Notes: generated by a model not told the origin, from the letters alone. A DNA stretch of 50,571 nucleotides from an uncultured Candidatus Saccharibacteria bacterium (GCA_964486765.1 CAZAOA010000004.1:1-50571), one strand, 5' to 3'; shown: positions 1 through 8,156, counted from the first letter of the stretch. Numbers and translations: made by a program.

Positions 1-360
1 TACTATGCCGTTTGTTGTTAATGCTGTTTCGATGTCCTGCATTTTAGTTGTTTTGCTTACTATCAAAACGTCAATATCTCCTATCTCCTTTTTCATAGCA
101 TTGATATTTTTTAAATCAAAATGCTTATCTTCTAAGCGATTAAAAATCTTTCCTGGACGATAATGCATCAGAGCACCAACAACTTCATTATTTGCCTTTG
201 CAACTAGCACTTCACCCAAAGATAATGATTGCACGTACTCAATATTATAGTTGGCATCTTTAAAAATGTTATCGTGAAGTAGTTCCAATGCAGATTGAAA
301 ATCCTCTTCTGTGATTGGCTCTAATATTTTAACATTTGAATTTTTATTTTGTTTGGTCAT
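1..360 (-). CDS. GNAT-like N-acetyltransferase, N-terminal part (gene runs off window start)
   Basis: Open-ended, so absent from the ORF track. Manual translation from ATG 360-358 gives MTKQNKNSNVKILEPITEEDFQSALELLHDNIF...VLVAKANNEVVGALMHYRPGKIF with no stop down to position 1. The layout is GNAT-like. The ATG overlaps the rsmI stop. Confidence 0.4.
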   Translation of the reverse strand, partial: MTKQNKNSNVKILEPITEEDFQSALELLHDNIFKDANYNIEYVQSLSLGEVLVAKANNEVVGALMHYRPGKIFNRLEDKHFDLKNINAMKKEIGDIDVLIVSKTTKMQDIETALTTNGIV

Positions 361-1066
361 TGTTTCTTGTATCTTGTTTCTTTGCTATGAGGGTGATCTC
401 ACCTTTAAGCTTGTGATTTTTTAGATCAACAATTACATCATCAATTGTACCACCAAAGTATTCTTCAAACATCTTTGTCATCTCTCGAGCAACAAATACT
501 TCGACATCTTTACCGAAATATTTTTTAATGTCATTTAGAGTTTTTTCAAGCCGCAAAGCATTTTCATAGATAACTACTGGAGCATCAACATTCGATACTT
601 GATTTAGTTTTGTTTGACGTCCCTTCTTTTTGGGTAAAAATCCAACAAAGTAGAACTCTTTTCTAACAAGTCCTGAGACTGAAACAGCCGCCGAAACCGC
701 ACTTGGGCCAGCAATAGGGATAACATCAATATTTTTTTTTCTTGCGATTTTTACCAACTTTTGTCCTGGATCAGATATTGCAGGAGTTCCCGCATCCGAA
801 ACATAAGCAACATTTTTATTGTTTTTAATCTTATCCAATATTTTATCTATACTTTCATCCCTTGAGTGCTGGTGAAGCGCGATCATTTTATTTTTTATCC
901 CAAGAAGTGAGAGCAATTTCCCAGTGGATCTAGTATCTTCACATGCAACAAAATCGACACTCTTAAGTGTCTCAATTGCACGCTTCGAAATATCGCCCAT
1001 ATTGCCAATGGGAGTAGCGACTACATATAATTTTCCTGGTTCAGACTTATTCATAATTCGATTCAT
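344..1066 (-). CDS. rsmI: 16S rRNA (cytidine1402-2'-O)-methyltransferase RsmI
   Basis: LYVVATPIGNMGDISKRAIETLKSVDFVACEDTR and tetrapyrrole-methylase-like fold motifs. The true start may be the internal MNKSEPG. Confidence 0.9.
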   Translation of the reverse strand: MNRIMNKSEPGKLYVVATPIGNMGDISKRAIETLKSVDFVACEDTRSTGKLLSLLGIKNKMIALHQHSRDESIDKILDKIKNNKNVAYVSDAGTPAISDPGQKLVKIARKKNIDVIPIAGPSAVSAAVSVSGLVRKEFYFVGFLPKKKGRQTKLNQVSNVDAPVVIYENALRLEKTLNDIKKYFGKDVEVFVAREMTKMFEEYFGGTIDDVIVDLKNHKLKGEITLIAKKQDTRNNDQTK

Positions 1067-1117
1067 ACTAACATAAAACCAGACATTTAGCCAGTCTGGA
1101 TGTATAACATTTCACAT

Positions 1118-1855
1118 TTAGCTCTTTGCGCCTCTCCACGCCAATTCGAATATAGTCCTTTGAGTTTTAGCTACCTCATTTGATTCAATTAGCACTCCAA
1201 ACGGCTCGGGCTTGTATGTAATCATAATTATTTTATTTGCATAGATGTTGATCTCGTTCTCTAACGGAAACAACTCTTCATCTATTATTCTCGACTCTCT
1301 AAGTTCGCTCTTGTTTCGCTTCAAATGTTTTGAAACCTCAACCGAAGAATTATATAGCCCTTTTATTTTTACTCCCTTCTTTACCCGCCTCTTTACGTAA
1401 TTTTTTGAATAGGTCGGTATAAAATTCATGGTCTCTTTTGTCACATATGCCAAGATTTCGTCGTCTTTTTCCAAAGTGTCCAGTGTGTCTTCATACAATC
1501 TCTTTATCCCTTCTTCGCCCTCAAAGTAAGAAACCGTTGGCTTCTTGTCATTGGTGTTGTAGATTGAAAGCAGATAAGGTAGATCTCCACGAAAGCTAGA
1601 TTTTTGTTCCTCGATCCGATCCAAGATTTTCTTTGGATTGTCAGCTACAAAGTAACGCTTTCCATTCTCAATAGTTTCAGCTACAAACCCTTCGTCTCTT
1701 AATCTATACAAAATGTCATACGTTGTTGGTCTTTTAATTTTTGATTTATAGGCAATTTGGTTTGCGGTAGCTTTTTCTAGCTGCAAAAGAGCAAAATAGA
1801 TACTTTGTTCGTTAATATTTAGACCCAATTTTTGGAGTGATTTAAGTATTTTCAT
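1118..1855 (-). CDS. TrmB-family HTH transcriptional regulator
   Basis: N-terminal winged helix (LGLNINEQSIYFALLQLEKATANQIAYKSKIKRPTTYDILYRLRDEGFV) followed by a TrmB-like C-terminal domain. Confidence 0.7.
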   Translation of the reverse strand: MKILKSLQKLGLNINEQSIYFALLQLEKATANQIAYKSKIKRPTTYDILYRLRDEGFVAETIENGKRYFVADNPKKILDRIEEQKSSFRGDLPYLLSIYNTNDKKPTVSYFEGEEGIKRLYEDTLDTLEKDDEILAYVTKETMNFIPTYSKNYVKRRVKKGVKIKGLYNSSVEVSKHLKRNKSELRESRIIDEELFPLENEINIYANKIIMITYKPEPFGVLIESNEVAKTQRTIFELAWRGAKS

Positions 1856-1950
1856 AATGTGTTATTAGTAGTCGGTTTTAGTCGACTTACTACATTATAC
1901 ACTATATCGTTCGTATTTGTCAATATGTTTATTTAGTAAGTCATTATGTA

Positions 1951-1979
1951 TTGACTAATTCGAATATTTGTGAGATAAT
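1951..1979 (+). promoter_or_regulatory. sigma70-type promoter of island A (TTGACT-17nt-GATAAT)
   Basis: TTGACT at 1951-1956, exact 17-nt spacer, GATAAT at 1974-1979. AAGGAG at 2023-2028 lies 9 nt before ATG 2038. Confidence 0.5.
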
Positions 1980-2037
1980 TCACTGTTTGGCAACCCCAAA
2001 CGTACGTTAACAACTCAACCACAAGGAGACTGCTCAA

Positions 2038-2682
2038 ATGAGCATCGCACTGCCAAGTCGCATACAAGTCCACATGTACATCACATGGACGATAACCGCC
2101 GTAGTCCTCCACTCCATCTGCCTCTGGATCATCGGCCACTGGACACCGCTCATCGGCACTGGCAAGATGCTATGGTTCGATGCCAACAAGATGCTATGGT
2201 TCTTGCCAGTATTGTTCCCTATCTCTCGATGGTGGGACCTGGTGCTCTACCCGGTCATATTGCTTCCGGTATTGGTATTTCACCAAGGTCAGAGAAACTG
2301 GGGCCTGATCATCGGAGGAATCGCTGTAATGATGATCGCCATGGTTCCCGTTCTGAAATACATACTCTGTGGGATTCTGCTTGTGGTTAATCTATTCTCG
2401 ACCATCATATCTCATTGCTCGCATGAAGCGCGTGAAGGTGAAGTACTTGAAGTAACCGCAGTGCTTCTAGTATTTGCCGCGCTAGAGGCCAACGTTGCGT
2501 TCGGCGCTTCAATGACAATCGGACTTGTAGCGGTCCTTGGCGCCGTTTACATCACCGGCCTCCTGCTTCGTTACCTTGTGTTCGCGTTTCAGTGGCTTCT
2601 ATACAGCGCCTTTCCTCTGGTTGCGGCAGCAAGAACCGCCATTGTTGAGTCGGTAAAATGGTGGTTCTTCGATGGCGAATAA
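2038..2682 (+). CDS. Orphan polytopic membrane protein (high-GC island A)
   Basis: 214-aa ORF with strong RBS, several Trp/Leu/Val-rich hydrophobic spans and GC-rich codon choice unlike the flanks. No family recognised. Contains a 24-nt tandem duplication (KMLWFDAN/KMLWFLPV). Confidence 0.55.
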   Translation: MSIALPSRIQVHMYITWTITAVVLHSICLWIIGHWTPLIGTGKMLWFDANKMLWFLPVLFPISRWWDLVLYPVILLPVLVFHQGQRNWGLIIGGIAVMMIAMVPVLKYILCGILLVVNLFSTIISHCSHEAREGEVLEVTAVLLVFAALEANVAFGASMTIGLVAVLGAVYITGLLLRYLVFAFQWLLYSAFPLVAAARTAIVESVKWWFFDGE

Positions 2683-2708
2683 CCTCCCAACCAACCCAAA
2701 CGAGTCCC
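2658..2708 (+). repeat. Direct repeat copy 1 (pairs with 3691-3740)
   Basis: ATGGTGGTTCTTCGATGGCGAATAACCTCCCAACCAACCCAAACGAGTCCC. About 43 of 51 positions match copy 2. Encodes the ...WWFFDGE* end of ORF 2038-2682. Confidence 0.8.
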
Positions 2709-2948
2709 AGTTCCCCGAAGAGCTCGACATCCGCTGTACATTCCTAGAAATAAAGAGGCAGTAATATGGAAGATATGGATCGACAAGCCCAACTTGCAGA
2801 CCGGTTTCGGGGAGAGTTAGTGAACATATATCTTCAGAACTTGCTTCTTACTGAGAAATTGGTAGGGAGCAGAACTGAGGGTAAAACCTCGATCGTTAAA
2901 ACTAATGAGCCCCGACATGAGGCAAAAAGACACAGGAGACTTACCACC

Positions 2949-3476
2949 ATGCGTAACCTGATGATTGCTGTACTGATGCTGTCGGTGTCCGTCGTTGTTG
3001 CTGACGAAGTATCGCTTGGCTACTTTGGTGAGACTGGGTCGTACGATGGCGCATACATGAGCGCGTCGGTAGAGCAGTTCAATGTCTATGTAGAGCACGC
3101 AGGTGAGTGTAATTACACCCTCGCGATGCTCGATGCCGAGGTCGACGAAGGCCTCCGGGTGGGTATGCGTTTCGATTCACCCAGTATTTGGCGGCCGTAC
3201 GTGAAGAAGTCGATAGCGCTGGGTGACGGTTGGGTGGTCGGGCGCTGGTCGGTCGGTGGTTTGGGAGGCGTGAAGCAGCGCTTTGACATCTTCGCAGGCT
3301 ATCCGATCAACGATTGGTTGGCCGTCGAGGGCTGGGAGCGCTACCAGTCGGGATCGGCGCCAGCCCATAGTTGGGGACCGAAGGTATCGTACGGAGACTT
3401 CAGTCTCTGGTACGGCAAGAATTTCGGTGTTGGAGATGATGCTGTTATGGCAAACTACCAGGCATTTGCCTGGTGA
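2949..3476 (+). CDS. Orphan secreted beta-strand-rich protein (high-GC island A)
   Basis: Internal ATG 2949 follows AGGAG and begins a signal-peptide-like MRNLMIAVLMLSVSVVVADE. It has an alternating hydrophobic pattern and a C-terminal ...YQAFAW. The ORF-track start 2766 is probably upstream read-through. Confidence 0.5.
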   Translation: MRNLMIAVLMLSVSVVVADEVSLGYFGETGSYDGAYMSASVEQFNVYVEHAGECNYTLAMLDAEVDEGLRVGMRFDSPSIWRPYVKKSIALGDGWVVGRWSVGGLGGVKQRFDIFAGYPINDWLAVEGWERYQSGSAPAHSWGPKVSYGDFSLWYGKNFGVGDDAVMANYQAFAW

Positions 3477-3690
3477 GAAGGGGGAACTGAATTGGGCGCT
3501 TGGATAAAATGGATACTCTTACAGGGTCCAAGGCTCATTGTGCTGCCTGCCAAGACGGTCTGGATGTGCGAGTAATCCAAGGATAGTGGAATGCCCCTGG
3601 GTCGGATTACAGCGGTGAGGGATTCATCTGTATTATGGGTCTGACGAAGATACCTTCCAACCCCAAAATCACAACCGGAAGCGCCTTTAT

Positions 3691-3740
3691 ATGGTGGTTC
3701 TTCGATGGTGAATGACACCCCACGAACCCAAACGAGTCCC
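3691..3740 (+). repeat. Direct repeat copy 2 (pairs with 2658-2708)
   Basis: ATGGTGGTTCTTCGATGGTGAATGACACCCCACGAACCCAAACGAGTCCC. Closes a 26-codon ORF (3635-3715) that also ends WWFFDGE*. Confidence 0.8.
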
Positions 3741-3755
3741 CCTAAGGGGGACTCG
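3733..3755. terminator. 10-bp GC hairpin, likely bidirectional terminator (island A / Nramp gene)
   Basis: CGAGTCCCCC-TAA-GGGGGACTCG is a perfect 10-bp stem. On the minus strand it is followed by TTTGGGTT, about 25 nt after the Nramp stop. Confidence 0.45.
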
Positions 3756-3779
3756 TAGTCATTTAGATCAAATAAATAT

Positions 3780-5285
3780 TTAGAAAAATACTTCAAGTGC
3801 TAAAGTTACTATCACCGCTGCCGCCATTAAAAATACTGTTAACCAACCAAAAACCTTTACCCAAGTTGGATGAGTCTCCGCACCCATGATATTTTTGTCG
3901 TCTCCAACTTTCATTATTATATAGAGAAGTGGAACTGCGATTATACCGTTTATAAAAGCTGAATAGTAAAGTGCTTTGATCGGATCAATCCCGAAAAGAT
4001 TGAAAAGTAGTCCAAATAAAATTGAAAATGCTATCACCGCATAGAACGGTTTAGCCTTACTTGGTTTCTTATTCATCCCCTCTTTCCACTTCATAACCTC
4101 GGAGAGGGCATAGGCTCCAGACCCCGCCAAGATTGGTACGGCAAGCAGTCCAGTGCCAATTATTCCTAGAGCAAAGAGCAAATAAGCTTTATCCCCCGCA
4201 AGCGGTCGCAGAGCTTCTGCGGCTTGTTCGGCTGAATCGATAGAGTGGATTCCATTTTGAAAAAGTACTGTTGCTGTCGTTAAAATAATAAAGAAAAAGA
4301 CTAAATTGGCCAGTATCATCCCTGTTCTAACATCTGTTCGCATTCTAGCAATCCTCTGCTTTATCGGAGAAACCTTTCTGGACTCTTCTTTTTCAAGGTG
4401 CTCCTCCTCTACTTCTTCGGATGTTTGCCAGAAGAATAGATAAGGTGTGATGGTTGTACCCAGAATCGCCACCATCGCAAAAAGATAGTTTGAATTTAAG
4501 TGAATTTCAGGGACTATAGCTTCCATAGCCACAAAGCCCCAGTCCGGTTTGATCATTATCCCAGTTATCACATATGCAAAAACTGACAAAGTCAGCCATT
4601 TCAAGATCTTTACATAAGTTTTATAGGGAACGTAGATTTCAATTATGATGATGATTACTGCAAAAATTATAGCTGCCAGAACGAAATTGATATCTACTAA
4701 TAGCTGTAAGGAAGCGGCCATTGCGCCCAAGTCAGCGCCGATGTTTATGACATTGGCAATGATCAGAAGCATAACAGCGCTGGTGACCCAGCCCTTTTTG
4801 TATTTTTTGAGCATTACTCCGGCTAAACCCTTTGAAGTCACAACTCCTATTCGAGCACACACTTCTTGAACGGCAATCATAAGTGGCAGAATCCAAGCTG
4901 CCATCCAAATCAGCCCAAAGCCGTATTGAGCGCCAACAGAAGAGTAAGTTGCTATTCCACTTGGGTCGTCATCAGAAGCACCCGTAACCAGTCCGGGACC
5001 CAAAGTCTTGAAAAAAAACTTTGCTTTATTGTAAGGGTTGTTAAAAAATTCTTTTGCCTTATTTAGCTCTTCTTGTGTAATTTGAATCGTTCCATCTGCA
5101 GTTCTGTGACCCTTAACCATCCCCCATAAAACCATCTTTTTTGCCATCACCAAAGAGATCCCCAGTTCTCGTCGAAGATCGGACAACGAAATATGTCCTC
5201 CCGCTTTCTTTAGATCTTCTAACTCTCTGCCTGCTTCTTCTAACTTTTTCTCAGATTTTGTAGTTTCTGACACAAAGTCCCCCAC
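3780..5285 (-). CDS. Nramp/MntH-family divalent metal transporter with N-terminal HTH-like extension
   Basis: GPGLVTGASDDDPSGIATYSSVGAQYGFGLIW motif and about 11 hydrophobic spans. The N-terminal ~70 aa (ISLSDLRRELGISLVMAKKMVLWGMVKGHRTADGTIQITQEEL) resemble an excisionase/MerR-type HTH. GTG start overlaps the rsmA 3' end. Confidence 0.8.
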   Translation of the reverse strand: MGDFVSETTKSEKKLEEAGRELEDLKKAGGHISLSDLRRELGISLVMAKKMVLWGMVKGHRTADGTIQITQEELNKAKEFFNNPYNKAKFFFKTLGPGLVTGASDDDPSGIATYSSVGAQYGFGLIWMAAWILPLMIAVQEVCARIGVVTSKGLAGVMLKKYKKGWVTSAVMLLIIANVINIGADLGAMAASLQLLVDINFVLAAIIFAVIIIIIEIYVPYKTYVKILKWLTLSVFAYVITGIMIKPDWGFVAMEAIVPEIHLNSNYLFAMVAILGTTITPYLFFWQTSEEVEEEHLEKEESRKVSPIKQRIARMRTDVRTGMILANLVFFFIILTTATVLFQNGIHSIDSAEQAAEALRPLAGDKAYLLFALGIIGTGLLAVPILAGSGAYALSEVMKWKEGMNKKPSKAKPFYAVIAFSILFGLLFNLFGIDPIKALYYSAFINGIIAVPLLYIIMKVGDDKNIMGAETHPTWVKVFGWLTVFLMAAAVIVTLALEVFF

Positions 5286-6163
5286 TCTAGAATTGATAGC
5301 TCTTGCGCTCTTACATTTGCATTAAGCTTTGACTTTTCTATTATACCTGCAATTTCTTCTTTAGAGAATTCTGTCCCCGAAGTTAGATTATTGAGCAAAG
5401 TTTTCCGCCTTGATGCAAACCCAGTTTTAACAACTTTGAAAAATTCTTTTTCGTCGCATCCCTGTATACTAAATTCTTTATTCTTCCGCCCTTTGGGCGA
5501 GACCTCGCCACTTTGGCGGGTAATACTTGCGATTCGAAGAATCGCGCTATCAACATCAGGTGCTGGAAAAAACGATCCGCTTTTCACTATCTTAATGATC
5601 TCTGGCTCTCCATATGCTTGAACCGATACGGCTAGAAGTGACATCTGCCCTGCCTGCCCTGAGCTCGTCGAACGGGGTTTGGCACAGATTCGCTCTGCTA
5701 CTTCTTTTTGAGTCATCATCACAATCAGCTTTGGACGATGTTCGCTCTCCAAAAAGTGCCTAAGTATTTTAGATGTAATGTAATACGGAATATTGGCAAT
5801 AAGCTTGTAGCTGTTAGCTGTTAGCTTCTTAGGTTCGATATCAAGAATATCTTGATTTATAATTTGAATATTTGAATTTGTTTGATTATTGTCTCTTGTA
5901 TCTTGTTTCTTTAGAAGTTTTGCAAGTTTCTCATCCAACTCTACTGCTATCACTTCTTTGCAATATTTTGAAAGCTCAAATGTAAGTGTTCCGAGTCCTG
6001 GACCGACTTCAACAATGGTATCATCTTTGCTTAAATTGGCGGTTTCGATAATCGTGTCCAATACATCTCGATCAATTAAAAAATTCTGCCCCAAAGACTT
6101 CTTTGTATAAAGCCCGTTGCTTTTTAGAAAATGTATTAATTCCGACTTATTTGTTAAATCCAT
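5240..6163 (-). CDS. rsmA: 16S rRNA (adenine1518/1519-N6)-dimethyltransferase RsmA/KsgA
   Basis: KKSLGQNFLIDRDVLDTII...IVEVGPGLGTLTFEL and NIPYYITS motifs. Confidence 0.9.
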   Translation of the reverse strand: MDLTNKSELIHFLKSNGLYTKKSLGQNFLIDRDVLDTIIETANLSKDDTIVEVGPGLGTLTFELSKYCKEVIAVELDEKLAKLLKKQDTRDNNQTNSNIQIINQDILDIEPKKLTANSYKLIANIPYYITSKILRHFLESEHRPKLIVMMTQKEVAERICAKPRSTSSGQAGQMSLLAVSVQAYGEPEIIKIVKSGSFFPAPDVDSAILRIASITRQSGEVSPKGRKNKEFSIQGCDEKEFFKVVKTGFASRRKTLLNNLTSGTEFSKEEIAGIIEKSKLNANVRAQELSILEWGTLCQKLQNLRKS

Positions 6164-7158
6164 TAGTACCTTTTAAGTGGTGGCCAACGATCTTTATAGC
6201 CATGAGTCAATGCCCAAGCTGTAACGTGTATCTGCGAACTTGCATCCCAAATGCTTGCACCTGCATACCCGGCTTTAGGAGATACCAAATCCCATAAACT
6301 TTCAGAGTATTGGAATAACCCCTTATGTGGTCCACCGTTTGAATTCGGATTACCCATACTCTCGACCTTCATCAGATAACAGATCATGTTGGGATCAGCA
6401 TCGTATTTGGCCGATGCTTTAAGAACAATATCATTGAATTTGCACCATCCGGTTATAACCGGTTTGATCCCTACAATCAGTATCTTATCTACCGGCTCTG
6501 AAACTATCTCTGTGCTTACCAATGTTTTAGATATCTGTTCGCCATCCTCTCGAATTACTTCGTATGTAAACTTTTTCTCACCTCTTTCTCCAGCTCGCTC
6601 AACACGAGTTTTGCCCTGATCCAGATTTGGATCATCTTTTTCAACTACATCGAAATCTATATCTTCGTATTCATGAACATTTGTCCTTGCAACTCTTATG
6701 ATTTTAATACTCATACCCAACGTTAAATTTTCATCTTCTGAGAAGTTAATCTTGTCTTCATCGCCAAGTGCTACATTTTTTTCAAGAAGTAGTTCGCCAA
6801 CAGTAGTAGTCCAAGAGCGATATAGGGTTGATTTTTTACCATCTACAACTGTATAACTCGAGGCTCGATGCAATGTGATCTTCCCGCCCATCTCAAAGCC
6901 CAATTCGGGAAAAGAAGTTAGTCTATCCTCCGGAAATGGGTTTACGTCTAAGTCAACCGAAATCGTTCGTAAATCTATCTCGGTACTTGATCCGCTATGT
7001 ACAATAACTTCCCCTGTCGGTAAAACCTCCTCAACCAAAAAAGGCCAGCTGTCGGGTTCTGGGCTTAAAAGATCATTATTTGATTTTGCGTATGAGTAGC
7101 CGGCGAATAAAAAAACTGGAATAAATAGCAACGCCAGCAGGTTTATAATTATTTTCAT
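6163..7158 (-). CDS. Secreted RpfB-like cell-wall hydrolase (DUF348-like repeats, G5 domain, transglycosylase-like C-terminus)
   Basis: Signal/anchor MKIIINLLALLFIPVFLFAGYSYA. G5-like segment YEVIREDGEQISKTLVSTEIVSEPVDKILIVG. C-terminal VESMGNPNSNGGPHKGLFQYS lytic-transglycosylase-type motif. Confidence 0.75.
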   Translation of the reverse strand: MKIIINLLALLFIPVFLFAGYSYAKSNNDLLSPEPDSWPFLVEEVLPTGEVIVHSGSSTEIDLRTISVDLDVNPFPEDRLTSFPELGFEMGGKITLHRASSYTVVDGKKSTLYRSWTTTVGELLLEKNVALGDEDKINFSEDENLTLGMSIKIIRVARTNVHEYEDIDFDVVEKDDPNLDQGKTRVERAGERGEKKFTYEVIREDGEQISKTLVSTEIVSEPVDKILIVGIKPVITGWCKFNDIVLKASAKYDADPNMICYLMKVESMGNPNSNGGPHKGLFQYSESLWDLVSPKAGYAGASIWDASSQIHVTAWALTHGYKDRWPPLKRY

Positions 7159-7248
7159 GGAGCTTTGTAAAACATTTTCATGTTCAAAACGCTCAATTTA
7201 ATATCAAGATTGTATTTTTGTTTACGATCATGCGACACCCTCCGACTT

Positions 7249-7328
7249 GTCCCTCGCCGTGCCACTTCCGTAGCTTTTGCGAAGGGTCGTAGCTTTAGCG
7301 AAGTGGGAAGCCTTGTGCGAAGGACGGG
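7249..7328 (-). promoter_or_regulatory. GC-rich structured leader candidate upstream of the RpfB-like gene (3 x ~20-nt tandem units, nested stems)
   Basis: Units GTAGCTTTTGCGAAGGGTC / GTAGCTTTAGCGAAGTGGGA / AGCCTTGTGCGAAGGACGGG lie at 7270-7328. Stems are 7249-7257 with 7317-7325 and 7262-7268 with 7300-7306. The outer stem has a C-A mismatch on plus but a G-U pair on minus, which favours a minus-strand RNA. Confidence 0.35.
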
Positions 7329-7493
7329 TATTAAATAGCAACAAGCCACATAATTATTCTATCACATTTCTTAAAATCTGTGTCTCCGCCAACTGGCGGA
7401 CTCTGTGAAAGATCAGCCTGTCCGCAATGTTTAGCTTATGCAGGCGGGTGTTGGAATTACCTTACAATCTTTAAATCTTATCAATAACAATTT

Positions 7494-7524
7494 TAAAAAA
7501 GCCCCCCCCGCAAGCGGAGGGAGG
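7494..7524 (-). terminator. Rho-independent terminator of island B gene
   Basis: Minus strand reads CCCTCCGC-TT-GCGGGGGG followed by CTTTTTT. Confidence 0.6.
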
Positions 7525-7568
7525 TCGGACGAAGTATTAGAATCCAAGACACGATAGGATCCGAGCGA

Positions 7569-8156
7569 CTAGTTGCGACGGAACACCCAGTGGCGTCCGT
7601 ATGTCATGTCGAGAAGGTCACCGCCGTAGCTGCTCAGCCACAGACCTCCAAGGGTAGGGCTACACCTATGATCGACGCCGAAGATTTGGGGGCGGCCATC
7701 GAATCTCGCGAGCGGCTCCATGACGATCAATAGCTTATCATCGGGCGGTTGTTTGAGGTAGTGACGGCGGATCTCTGGACCGTCTGATGCCAGACAGGGC
7801 TCCCAGCCAAGCTCAATTCCGGCTTCGTACGCTTGAGTCCAGGAGCAACCCAGCGACGGCGACGGGGAGCCGAGTTCCTCGTTAGAGGCCATGACAAAGC
7901 CAATGTCCTCCTTCGTCTGAGGGATACTGTCTGCGAAGGTGGGCTGGCTTATCATCTCGCTGGCCCATCTGTCGATATGGCTGATGGGTTTGATCTGACT
8001 CAAGGCTTGGCGAAAATCCGCCTCGGTTTTGAGTGTCCCGACCCGCACTGTCAGGAACGGTGAGCGTTCGATGAGGGCGCTCCGACCTGGCACCACTAGC
8101 ATCAGATATCTCCTTCTGCGTTTTATACGGGTTTCGCTCTCCCGAATTTCACTCAT
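7569..8156 (-). CDS. Orphan 195-aa protein (high-GC island B)
   Basis: Long ORF in a GC-rich block with its own promoter and terminator. ATG at 8156 follows the TTG of the ORF track. No family recognised and no clear SD. Confidence 0.5.
   Translation of the reverse strand: MSEIRESETRIKRRRRYLMLVVPGRSALIERSPFLTVRVGTLKTEADFRQALSQIKPISHIDRWASEMISQPTFADSIPQTKEDIGFVMASNEELGSPSPSLGCSWTQAYEAGIELGWEPCLASDGPEIRRHYLKQPPDDKLLIVMEPLARFDGRPQIFGVDHRCSPTLGGLWLSSYGGDLLDMTYGRHWVFRRN

Noticed and set aside
2085-3796. Overlapping or antisense ORFs in island A (2085-2390, 2589-2792, 2817-3098, 3177-3368, 3283-3507, 3455-3796) and similar ones in islands B and C (7833-8063, 10854-11078, 12237-12514)
   Set aside because: High GC suppresses stop codons in all frames. 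These ORFs lack RBS and start context and overlap better-supported ORFs.
7160-7345. ydaO (c-di-AMP) riboswitch upstream of the Rpf-like hydrolase
   Set aside because: The gene context fits, but the conserved ydaO strings I remember (GGGGACCCA, GGGGTGAATC, CCGAA.CCGACAGCTAACC) are absent.
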